From the IMG/VR virus record IMGVR_UViG_3300031999_000006, positions 1 through 64,000 of that record: a DNA stretch of 64,000 nucleotides. One strand, given 5' to 3'. Below the pieces are notes generated by a model. The model did no database searches. It saw nothing but the letters and a program-made list of their open reading frames with translations, and had not been told where the DNA came from. Source of the DNA: a virus. Its lineage: Duplodnaviria > Caudoviricetes. The position numbers and the translations under genes were made by a program. Of this stretch, positions 36,393 to 44,857 are shown in pieces. Position 1 is the first letter of the stretch. Each line of letters begins with the position of its first letter.

Positions 36393-38372
36393 CTATCTCC
36401 TTATGATCTTGCTTCCACCCATGAAGTGTCGAAGATCCTCTTCCATATTTGCCCTTTCCACTTTCATGCGCTCCGCCTTTTCATTCCTCAACGGATTCTG
36501 ATGACCACCTGGTTGTGGTAACCGTGCCTCTTGCTCAGCATCCGAGAGGCTAGAGGAGTTCAGATAGCACTTCCAAACTGCTCCGGCCAATCCATCCGAA
36601 ACATCCTTAGATCCATTGGCAGGGTGATCAACCTTATCTCCCTTTTTCTCCAGACGAGACAACTCGGTAATCAATCGTTCGTAATGATAGATAATGATTC
36701 GAGAGTCAAAGAAGCAATCCTTCAGATAGGCATACGGAGCAATGTCCCTATCTACCGATAGCTCCTCAGCACGGAATCCCTTTGAGTTCAATTCCTGAAT
36801 TGCCTCAGTTGAGTTCCAGGAGTCATAGGTGACACACCCAAATACCATGCCATGGTTCCTCAAAAGATAAAGGATCTCACGAACCTTCTTGAACCTAATC
36901 TCACCACCATGGGGTGGATTGATCCGAAGAGTCAAGTCTGTCTCAAACATCGGTTCCTCAACCTGTCGTCCAGCGCGCATCACGTTCTTCCATCCTGACA
37001 GGTGCACCACAACGAATCCTGTTGAGTCTCCTGACTTTGAGGAGTCAATGTGAGCATAGCGGAGTTTGTTAGGATGTCGAATAGGTCGCAACCGCTTTTC
37101 CTTTTCGTCCATCTTAAAAAGTTTATCTATGATCAAAGAGGATCCATCCTCCAGAGTTGTCTCCTCAATCGTCCAAGGATGGCTTAGCACACCAGTCGGA
37201 TCACAGGCGGCCCAGATCACATCAGTGTCTTGAAAGAAAGGCGAGATCGCTCTAGTGACCTCACCACCGAAGTCTCGAACGGCGCCTTCAATATCTCGAA
37301 CGAAGTCATCCCACAGCTCCACCGGTGGGGTGATGATCTTTCCTTCTATGTTGTCCAACTCCTTACTGATCACCTCTCCCGTTTTCTTATTATAGGAATC
37401 TAAAAGGCGGGAGCCTCGACGAGAGGAACCCACCTCCATGCGAAAAGATTTCGAACCATATACTTCACTACCTTGAACGTAATGCCCCTTCTTTGCTTCC
37501 CAAATTGACTTTCGGATGACCTTTACTGTCTTTCCCAGTTCCCCAGACGCCTCAGCCTCGGCAATGCGCCGTTCAATGAAGTCGTCCGGATACTGAGCAG
37601 ACGATAGAAGGAAAAACTTCCCCAGAGGCAAGCCCCCAGCCGAAAACCGACCCTTCATTCTTCGTGAGATAACATCGTACAAACGTTGGGCAGGATCAAA
37701 AGCTTCACCATAGGTGCGCTTAGATTTTTCAATCACCCGGAAGAAGTTTAACTCGTCACCTATCCCAGCATAGATATCGTCGCCCAAGGCCGACAACGAA
37801 TCTCCTGTACCAGGTTTGAACATGATCTGTGAGCCTGTTCTATTTTTCAAATCACTGGAATCTTGACTAGTACGCCAAATCAACGAATCCATTAATCTCA
37901 TGTCACGTGGGAAGCGTTCCTTAAAATATGGTGACGCGTCAACCATGTTCTTGACACGAGTGAAAATAACTTCACGTGCCTTCTGAGCATTCACTGACAT
38001 ATTGATCAAGACAATTGGTGAAGTCGCTGACCCACCTAACCACCGATGGGGCGAGTTAAAGGATCCTATCTTATAGATCATGTAACACATCCCCAATGCG
38101 GCTATGAATGACTTACCAATACTAGTTGCACCAGTGAGAATCACTTCAATATATGTCTTGTTGGGATTGAAGATATCAATTAGTTCCGGCCTATTGTCTG
38201 GATAGAGATCCTTCGCCACCTTGCCCATGAAGTAATCGTCCTCAAGGAATCGCTCAATATCTACCGGAGGACTCCCCTCTCGATAAATCGTTGCCATATC
38301 CAGCCCAATCGTTTCAATGGACAAGGAGTTACGATTCACTGACTCAACTATCTTCAAGAGATCGAGTTCCAT
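36393..38372 (-). CDS. terL: Terminase large subunit
   Basis: Walker A GATSIGKS, Walker B GDE, nuclease HID...D, YD, DHP..GSKDVSD. Confidence 0.9.
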   Translation of the reverse strand: MELDLLKIVESVNRNSLSIETIGLDMATIYREGSPPVDIERFLEDDYFMGKVAKDLYPDNRPELIDIFNPNKTYIEVILTGATSIGKSFIAALGMCYMIYKIGSFNSPHRWLGGSATSPIVLINMSVNAQKAREVIFTRVKNMVDASPYFKERFPRDMRLMDSLIWRTSQDSSDLKNRTGSQIMFKPGTGDSLSALGDDIYAGIGDELNFFRVIEKSKRTYGEAFDPAQRLYDVISRRMKGRFSAGGLPLGKFFLLSSAQYPDDFIERRIAEAEASGELGKTVKVIRKSIWEAKKGHYVQGSEVYGSKSFRMEVGSSRRGSRLLDSYNKKTGEVISKELDNIEGKIITPPVELWDDFVRDIEGAVRDFGGEVTRAISPFFQDTDVIWAACDPTGVLSHPWTIEETTLEDGSSLIIDKLFKMDEKEKRLRPIRHPNKLRYAHIDSSKSGDSTGFVVVHLSGWKNVMRAGRQVEEPMFETDLTLRINPPHGGEIRFKKVREILYLLRNHGMVFGCVTYDSWNSTEAIQELNSKGFRAEELSVDRDIAPYAYLKDCFFDSRIIIYHYERLITELSRLEKKGDKVDHPANGSKDVSDGLAGAVWKCYLNSSSLSDAEQEARLPQPGGHQNPLRNEKAERMKVERANMEEDLRHFMGGSKIIRR

Positions 38373-38810
38373 CTACTTCTTTTCTTTCTGTATCTTCACT
38401 GAGATAGTCAGACGGATATACCGCTCCCAGGTTCGACTTTGTTTACTACCTTCACCATGAAGAATCCAATCACGAGTGACTTCCGTAGCATCGCTAAAAT
38501 CAATCTCAACCCCCTGCCGAAGGAACTGGTCGAACGCCAGATCGACCACCTTCCCTCTGATCTCATTGAAGAAGTGATTGTTGTAACGATTGAACTTAAT
38601 AATCCCCCCCAGGTAATCCTGAACGACGAGTGCCGTCACTGCACACTGGCCGAGAGATGGATTACATTTATTCCACTGGTCAGCGCATTTCGGATAGGCA
38701 GTATCCTTACTCCACGAGTTCCTGATCTCATTGACGAATGCTGGAGGAACAATACATTCTTTGCCTTGACCTTCCTCAATGAATGAATAGTCTATTCGCT
38801 TTCTGTTCAT
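38373..38810 (-). CDS. YunG-like protein
   Basis: WS.DT...W...NPSLGQCAVTALVVQDYLGG...HFFN...DL..DQF. Confidence 0.75.
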   Translation of the reverse strand: MNRKRIDYSFIEEGQGKECIVPPAFVNEIRNSWSKDTAYPKCADQWNKCNPSLGQCAVTALVVQDYLGGIIKFNRYNNHFFNEIRGKVVDLAFDQFLRQGVEIDFSDATEVTRDWILHGEGSKQSRTWERYIRLTISVKIQKEKK

Positions 38811-39289
38811 TACGCAACCGCCTTCGCTAACTCCTGGGCTTTCTGAATCTCCTGCACGAACCACACCAGCAGTTCCTGCTTCCGTTTATTGAACTCATCT
38901 AAGAGTTGCGTCTTAAAAGGTTCGGGCAGTTTTTCAAAACTCTGCTCAACAAACCCTTTTCGGATGTTCCGTTCCGATTCACCAAGGAGGGGAGCAACGG
39001 CATCAAGGAACTGCTCCGACTCAATGACCCACAAAGAGATCAGTCGGGCAACACCAAGTTCCTTATAGGTAGATGCGGCGAAAGTCCCCTTCGCAAGCTT
39101 CTCGGCTTGATCAACTATGAACTTCTCATAGTTATCGTAAACACTATTGTATGCTTTGAGTCTTGACTGTGCACGAGCTACTGTACGATAAGTAACATCA
39201 ACCACATCACCACGTAAAACTTGAACCGCGGCATGCTCGGCGGCGATTTCTGCTTGGACAACTGCTAAGGACTCTTCAGCTTCGGCCAT
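38810..39289 (-). CDS. Putative terminase small subunit
   Basis: Helical, 159 aa; first gene of the packaging block; positional inference only. Confidence 0.35.
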   Translation of the reverse strand: MAEAEESLAVVQAEIAAEHAAVQVLRGDVVDVTYRTVARAQSRLKAYNSVYDNYEKFIVDQAEKLAKGTFAASTYKELGVARLISLWVIESEQFLDAVAPLLGESERNIRKGFVEQSFEKLPEPFKTQLLDEFNKRKQELLVWFVQEIQKAQELAKAVA

Positions 39290-39324
39290 GATTTCTCCTT
39301 CTCTACGCGTAACTGCTTACTTCA

Positions 39325-39359
39325 TATTAATATATTATAAGTTTCTATTGGGATTACAA
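39325..39359 (-). promoter_or_regulatory. AT-rich candidate promoter for the packaging block
   Basis: TATAATATATT with upstream TTGTAA at non-ideal spacing (14 or 19). Confidence 0.4.
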
Positions 39360-39360
39360 G

Positions 39361-39774
39361 TCACTTAGAACCTAAGGCATCCTTTACGTCCTTGAGAAGA
39401 TTATCCAACTCGTGCCGATAAACACGACGAGCCGATTTAGCAAGGAGAGTATCAGTGACTTTCTTCTCCTTATCCTTTTCGGCGTGAAAGATCTCTGAAA
39501 CTTTTCTGGTTGAGATCCCAAAGTAATTAGCCAACCGAGTTCTTGTTACCGAATTATTCTTGGTAACCAGTGAATTACGAATCACTTTTGATCGGTACGT
39601 CTTCCAAATAGTATCCAACTTTGGAAACAACACAGTATCACCAGCAAAAGTGGTTACCAACTTGACAGAAACTTCCGGAGGAAATAACATTAGCAGATCC
39701 CCCAGGACCGAAGTAGGATAAGTTTCCGCCACTGATACCATGGCCTCAAGGAATATCTTTTCAGCTTTGGTCAT
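39361..39774 (-). CDS. Mor-like transcription activator
   Basis: KLVTTFAGDTVLFPK followed by HTH RLANYFGISTRKVSEI. Confidence 0.65.
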   Translation of the reverse strand: MTKAEKIFLEAMVSVAETYPTSVLGDLLMLFPPEVSVKLVTTFAGDTVLFPKLDTIWKTYRSKVIRNSLVTKNNSVTRTRLANYFGISTRKVSEIFHAEKDKEKKVTDTLLAKSARRVYRHELDNLLKDVKDALGSK

Positions 39775-40441
39775 CGACTCCACTCTCTTCCAATACTTCC
39801 TGTAAAAGTTTCTTTACCCTAGCTAGTGCCTTTCGGTTATTCTTGTAATACGGGTGTGACGAGAGACGATCAAGAACCTTCAGGCACCATCCCTTCCTGG
39901 TTTCACTGATCTCTAGTTGCTTTGCAGGATCTAGGAACTCACCAATTACTTCCCCAGTTCCTCTTTGATCATCAGAATCTATCCTGATCATCCGATCTCG
40001 TTTCTGTCGGCCGATATAAAAAAGACATCTTACCGTAGAAGGTGCCAGCTCAGTTGCTTCGGAAATTTGGTCAAACGATAGCTCCTCATCTTCTTTTAAT
40101 TTAATAATAAGCCTTTCTTTCTCGCTAAGAGCCATTGGTATTCCATTCTGCTTCGATACACCCGCAAGACTATAATAAATGTAAGGCCAGATTCTAGTAT
40201 AAAGGAAGTTGGTGGGTGCCACCAGGTGCCGTTTCAACTGATCAGGATTCCTCAAATTCTTCCACATCTTGAGGAGCACCTCTTGCGAGATATCCTCAAA
40301 CCAAGGAGAGTAAGATGGATACTTTGAAAGAATCACTGAAACTAATGGACGACAGGCACCTATCAGCTCCTCGAATATTTTAGGATCTTCCGTTGCGCAG
40401 TATTCAGTGAACAAGCGATCAATCGTTTCTTTGTCGTACAC
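39761..40441 (-). CDS. Phage sigma-factor-like protein
   Basis: Region 2-like EDISQEVLLKMW; region 4 LSEKER...LSFDQISE...STVR. Confidence 0.75.
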   Translation of the reverse strand: MYDKETIDRLFTEYCATEDPKIFEELIGACRPLVSVILSKYPSYSPWFEDISQEVLLKMWKNLRNPDQLKRHLVAPTNFLYTRIWPYIYYSLAGVSKQNGIPMALSEKERLIIKLKEDEELSFDQISEATELAPSTVRCLFYIGRQKRDRMIRIDSDDQRGTGEVIGEFLDPAKQLEISETRKGWCLKVLDRLSSHPYYKNNRKALARVKKLLQEVLEESGVDDQS

Positions 40442-41369
40442 AGAGGGTCTCCAACAACAATTTCCCAGCGGCTAGATCATCAAACCCCGACTCTGCCTCC
40501 CCCACTGCTTTGGTCAAGTCCGCTACGGACGCCTCAGCAGGGTCTTTTGAATGTATGAAACAGATACGAATTTCGATATTCTCGTTACGTCTTGTCCTCA
40601 GCAACTTCGTTGCCAGGGTGATAGCATCCACCCGGGCATCCTTGTCCAACATGACATAAAAGGCACTGGTTGGCAATCGCCACAATTTGGCCGTCTGATA
40701 GTTACTCAGCGACTTGCCCAAGATTGCCATAACATTGAACTCATCAGTACCCAGTTTCTTCCTAACTGCGATTGCATCGAAAACACCCTCGACCAAAAGC
40801 ACCTTCTTTGTCGAGTATCCCTCATAACCAAAGATTGCCTCTCCGGCGGTCAGTATAGTTTCTCCACGATGAGGATAAAGATACTTTGGGTAGAGGGACT
40901 TGAATACTGCACGAGCGACGAAACAAACCAGCCGCCTTGACTCATAGATAGGAATGATCACCCGACCACCATACCTACCCGTATTCGTATATCGTATATC
41001 ATACTTAGTAAAGTCACTCTCATCAAGATCCCGTGCCTTCAAATACTCGACTGCTTTCCTTTCTGAAAACAAACCAGAAAGGCCGATAGGCTTGAAGTCA
41101 AACGGAATAGGCTGGTGCAGAAAAGCATCCGCCTTAGGAGCCCGGGATCTCATCTCCTCAATGATAGTTTCGTCAATACCAGAATCCCGAAGTAGTGCAC
41201 GAAGTGCCCCACTAGCACCACAACGAAAGCAGTGGTATACCTCTTTCTCGGGATTGAGAAAGCAATGACTATGGGTTGGATGATCACCATCTGGGCAGTA
41301 GGGACATGGAATGATAAACTCGTCAGAGTTTGCCCACTGCCCCTTCGGAAAGATTTGATCAAGCATCAC
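40419..41369 (-). CDS. DNA primase (Zn finger + TOPRIM)
   Basis: CPYC...HCFRCG; VEGVFDA; LDKDA. Confidence 0.88.
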   Translation of the reverse strand: MMLDQIFPKGQWANSDEFIIPCPYCPDGDHPTHSHCFLNPEKEVYHCFRCGASGALRALLRDSGIDETIIEEMRSRAPKADAFLHQPIPFDFKPIGLSGLFSERKAVEYLKARDLDESDFTKYDIRYTNTGRYGGRVIIPIYESRRLVCFVARAVFKSLYPKYLYPHRGETILTAGEAIFGYEGYSTKKVLLVEGVFDAIAVRKKLGTDEFNVMAILGKSLSNYQTAKLWRLPTSAFYVMLDKDARVDAITLATKLLRTRRNENIEIRICFIHSKDPAEASVADLTKAVGEAESGFDDLAAGKLLLETLCVRQRND

Positions 41370-42112
41370 TTCGCCTTGAATCTATCAGTAAGCATCTTCA
41401 TGTAGTCGATCTCGACTGTTCGATTATTTGGACACCCCTCAGGATGCCAGGAGGACTCGCCTAATGCCATGTCAATAAGAATCCATCGACCATCTCGTGC
41501 CTTACAAAAGTCCACCGACCAAAACCCCTTCATCACATCCGCTACTCGGAGAGCATATCCCATAAGTAATACTATTTCACCAGTGGTCTCCTCATTCATT
41601 TTATCGGACAACTTGGACCAGTTCTTGACACTAGGATTATCAATAGCTTCTTTTATCCAATATGAATGATGACAAAGGACCTTCCCGTTTTCTATAAAAT
41701 ACCTTCGTTCCGGGTTAACCGGCATAGCTCCATAGAAGGCAGTATACTTGGAAGCCATAGGAATGTATTCTCGAAAAGCAAAAGCATTGACTGGACGACC
41801 CATCATATCACACCCCAAAGTTGCATCGGTAAGAGCCCAGATGTGTTGCTGAAGATCCTTCTCGACATAACTGTTCAGGAAACAAGTCTTTGACCACTCG
41901 TGTTTCCCTGACAATTGATCAGTCCGAATAAAGACGGGGAGACCAAGTATTGTAACCGCCTCCTTAAACTCATCCATCTGGGGATACTTTCCACCATCCT
42001 CAACTTCGTATGCCATCTTAGGATCCACCTTCACCATAATTGTCTTGGGCTGAGGAATAGAAAGGTCCTTGACTTTAGGCCACCAATAAAGCATGCTATT
42101 TTTATCTTCCAT
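41366..42112 (-). CDS. ATP-grasp protein (R2K/Cdc123-like clade)
   Basis: PVFIRT...SGKH, FREY, ERRYFI, SVDF, W.LID. Confidence 0.65.
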   Translation of the reverse strand: MEDKNSMLYWWPKVKDLSIPQPKTIMVKVDPKMAYEVEDGGKYPQMDEFKEAVTILGLPVFIRTDQLSGKHEWSKTCFLNSYVEKDLQQHIWALTDATLGCDMMGRPVNAFAFREYIPMASKYTAFYGAMPVNPERRYFIENGKVLCHHSYWIKEAIDNPSVKNWSKLSDKMNEETTGEIVLLMGYALRVADVMKGFWSVDFCKARDGRWILIDMALGESSWHPEGCPNNRTVEIDYMKMLTDRFKAK

Positions 42113-42113
42113 T

Positions 42114-42314
42114 CTACTCTCCAAGTATCAGGTTCAAGGCATCCCGGAGTAACCGATAGTATTTCTTCTTCCTCTCGTGTTCGATCTTAGGTTCCAAGAA
42201 CCCTTCTGGCTTCATGATAGTGTACAAGCACTTGCCATCCTTAAGATCGTCCGTATTCTTAATATGGATCTCGTCGATCTGTCGAAGGTTGGAAAACACC
42301 CTGATAATCAACAT
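42114..42314 (-). CDS. Hypothetical protein
   Basis: Start MLIIRV with TAATG overlap. Confidence 0.5.
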   Translation of the reverse strand: MLIIRVFSNLRQIDEIHIKNTDDLKDGKCLYTIMKPEGFLEPKIEHERKKKYYRLLRDALNLILGE

Positions 42315-42433
42315 TACTTTATCAATCCTAAATGAATAAGTGCCCAGCACATTGTGAACCCACTGACGAGGCCGATTACAACGAAGACCACCACATCACC
42401 CGTCGTTACTTGAAACCGTGCTTGTTGGCTCAT
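42314..42433 (-). CDS. Small membrane peptide (39 aa)
   Basis: Not in ORF track. MSQQARFQVTTGDVVVFVVIGLVSGF...; overlaps both neighbours (ATGA, TAATG). Confidence 0.55.
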   Translation of the reverse strand: MSQQARFQVTTGDVVVFVVIGLVSGFTMCWALIHLGLIK

Positions 42434-43065
42434 CTTACCCCCACGATCTTGTGAGATTGGAATGATACCCGCCAAAGTGGTCGCTCCTTAGCGGCCCTGA
42501 CGCAGATCTCTATTGCACTCTTGATCCTCTCCATGAAGTCAGCTACTTGCTCAGGCATTCCAGTAACTTTCCGAAGGTCATACTCAGGAAGTATCGGTTG
42601 AAGATAAAAGAATCGGAATCTCTTCTTCTCATATACTTCCAAGTTCTGAGTGCCATCGTATAGAAGTTTCAACTCATCTCCTTCCGACTGAATAAATTCT
42701 TCCGACTTCGGAGAGACTGTTATCCAATCAAGAGGCAGATGGAAAGGATGGATATAGTTGGTCCCATTTGTTTCCATAGCGACTTGATACTCATAGTGTC
42801 GTAGACACTGCACCAGGTGCTGAAGATCCTCGAAAGGTTGGATAGTTGGCTCACCTCCGGTCAGGATAACAAACTTGGACTTGAACTCTCGGACCTTGTC
42901 CATGATCTCCTTGATTGAAAGTTCCATTCCATCCTTCCAGGAATACTTGGTATCACAGAACGAGCAACTCAAGTTACACCCAGTGAATCTGATGAAGATT
43001 GCTACTCGTCCGGCATTGTTGCCTTCGCCCTGTACTGACTCAAAAATCTCATTAACCTTTAACAT
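42430..43065 (-). CDS. queE: 7-carboxy-7-deazaguanine synthase (radical SAM)
   Basis: EIFESVQGEG...FIRFTGCNLSCSFCDT, LTGGEP, ETNGT, TVSPK, LQP, QSHK. Confidence 0.93.
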   Translation of the reverse strand: MLKVNEIFESVQGEGNNAGRVAIFIRFTGCNLSCSFCDTKYSWKDGMELSIKEIMDKVREFKSKFVILTGGEPTIQPFEDLQHLVQCLRHYEYQVAMETNGTNYIHPFHLPLDWITVSPKSEEFIQSEGDELKLLYDGTQNLEVYEKKRFRFFYLQPILPEYDLRKVTGMPEQVADFMERIKSAIEICVRAAKERPLWRVSFQSHKIVGVR

Positions 43066-43462
43066 GGTGACCTCCAAACAAAGACTTACTGGGAAGAGGC
43101 GGACGCATTCTAAGTTCTCGACCAAACTCATCCGGTGTGATCAATAGACGGGTCTTACCAGGAGCCAACCAGTCTGTCATACTCTTCACTTCCTCGGCAA
43201 AGTCTGGTTGGGAAACCAATCTCTTGACTATGTCCAGGATTGCCTCCGACGAGAGATTACAAACTCTTGTTAATGTTAAGTGGCAGAAGTTTATCTCCGT
43301 AGTTAACCGAAGATCTAAAGGAGGAGTCAATCGTTTGGTAGTTCCCAAAAGAAACTTTGTTGCCCGGGCAAGTTCCATATAGGACACCAGATGACCAACC
43401 ACCTGATCAAAGGGATCTATCTTTTTCTTAATGGGAGTTTGAGGAATAGCAGACTTATTCAC
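43052..43462 (-). CDS. Hypothetical protein
   Basis: 136 aa, overlap-coupled. Confidence 0.5.
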   Translation of the reverse strand: MNKSAIPQTPIKKKIDPFDQVVGHLVSYMELARATKFLLGTTKRLTPPLDLRLTTEINFCHLTLTRVCNLSSEAILDIVKRLVSQPDFAEEVKSMTDWLAPGKTRLLITPDEFGRELRMRPPLPSKSLFGGHHVKG

Positions 43463-43656
43463 AACGTCTCCTTCCTAATCTTAGGATAGTCATGAATCTT
43501 CTTAATTCCTCTCTTCTTCAGTATATAGTATATTGACCCCTGCTTCAAGCCCACTCGTCCGCCGATCTGCCTCTGAGTGAATCCTCGCCGATAGAGGTCA
43601 ACTATATGATCATTCCTCTCTTCCCGTTCTCTCGAAGGTAACCAGTGCATGATCAA
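43459..43656 (-). CDS. Small HTH DNA-binding protein
   Basis: IVDLYRRGFTQRQIG..VGL....IYYILK. Confidence 0.7.
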   Translation of the reverse strand: MIMHWLPSREREERNDHIVDLYRRGFTQRQIGGRVGLKQGSIYYILKKRGIKKIHDYPKIRKETL

Positions 43657-43877
43657 CCTCTCTTCAAACGATAGACATATTCAATAGTACCAGTGGTGTC
43701 GGCCCACTTCTTAGTTGCCGTCCGCATCCTCTCCACTATACCTTTCCTATCGAGTGCCCGAAGTTCATTCTTAGTCATGCCTGCATCACCATTGTGAATG
43801 AACTTCGTACCCATGATCTGAAAGGCCTGTTGAACTTTAAGGATCAGTTCGTTAGTCACTCTTACTTTGTGTGCCAT
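43653..43877 (-). CDS. Hypothetical protein (possible winged helix)
   Basis: Start MAHKVR; LRALDRKGIV...YVYRL. Confidence 0.45.
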   Translation of the reverse strand: MAHKVRVTNELILKVQQAFQIMGTKFIHNGDAGMTKNELRALDRKGIVERMRTATKKWADTTGTIEYVYRLKRG

Positions 43878-44241
43878 CGTGTTTCCTTTCCTCATAATGT
43901 GGCATATCATCAAGATCCGTTCTGCCTATGTCTTCAAAGTGCATAATTGCCATGAGGTTGAAGATTGCCTGCCCCAGGTGGTCCTCATCGGTCATGCCCA
44001 TCTTGAACTGAGTGATGTGTCTTTGAGCAGAATCAATGAAACGAGAGAACGGCATCCCCTTCTCCCAGTTCCTGGCGGCATACTTAAGCTCACCCTTCTC
44101 CATGATACGAGCCAGGCGCTGTTCCATATAGGGAGAGATCAGAACATATTTTCCCTTGCCCGTCTTCACTTCCTCAATAGCCCCAGTGTTGTATGTCTTC
44201 CTTTCCCCTTCGTCCTTCATGCCAAACTTATCATCAGCCAC
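43852..44241 (-). CDS. dATP/dGTP diphosphohydrolase domain protein (DUF5664-like)
   Basis: TGA...GKG.Y.LI, KG..KY..RNWEKG, S..RH, EDHL..A..N; GTG start with AGGAGG RBS. Confidence 0.8.
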   Translation of the reverse strand: MADDKFGMKDEGERKTYNTGAIEEVKTGKGKYVLISPYMEQRLARIMEKGELKYAARNWEKGMPFSRFIDSAQRHITQFKMGMTDEDHLGQAIFNLMAIMHFEDIGRTDLDDMPHYEERKHDGTQSKSD

Positions 44242-44857
44242 TGGAATCCTCCTTCGGTATGAGGCTACGAATATATCTTGTTGATGATGATAGACGAAAT
44301 ACCCCCCAGTCGACCCATTCCAAAAAGTCCTTGAGGAGGAAGAGGAAAAGTGAGGACTCAATCTCTCCTGACTCACCACTATAGTGAGTCAAAGCATAGC
44401 ACTCATGACGATAGACTCCGAACAACTCTTTGAACTTGGCGAAGTCAGTTGATCTTAGAACCGCAACGTCCGCGGTTCGGAAGAGACGAAAGACGACCAG
44501 AGGCATCTTCCCCTCAGAAGCCTCCACTGCCTGACGTATCCATCCCCACAACTCACACTCGGCGGAGTAAAGTCCACAGAACAGGGGCTTGACTTTGGTA
44601 TAGTTTTTACACTCAACTGCAAAAGGAAAACTATTATCCAACACCAACGCCTTCTCCTCTTCACGATCAAGGGGACTACCGGTAACAATATACTTTAGCG
44701 CCTTGAGATCACCCCGCACTTCGCCCTTTTTAGGGATGGGGTGGGAGTAAATTCTCTGAAACTCTCCTCCACCATCGGGATAGTAGGAGGCCGTTAGGAT
44801 GTCACGTATTCGCCTTTCATATGCACTACCCTTTGACTTACCACCACCTGCCCTCAT
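44234..44857 (-). CDS. Holliday junction resolvase (PD-(D/E)xK)
   Basis: KSKGSAYER, GDL, VECK, W..QA. Confidence 0.8.
   Translation of the reverse strand: MRAGGGKSKGSAYERRIRDILTASYYPDGGGEFQRIYSHPIPKKGEVRGDLKALKYIVTGSPLDREEEKALVLDNSFPFAVECKNYTKVKPLFCGLYSAECELWGWIRQAVEASEGKMPLVVFRLFRTADVAVLRSTDFAKFKELFGVYRHECYALTHYSGESGEIESSLFLFLLKDFLEWVDWGVFRLSSSTRYIRSLIPKEDSSG

Noticed and set aside
43852-44241. Z-genome (2-aminoadenine) system suggested by the dATP/dGTP diphosphohydrolase
   Set aside because: No PurZ/adenylosuccinate synthetase homologue in the window; could exist elsewhere on the contig.
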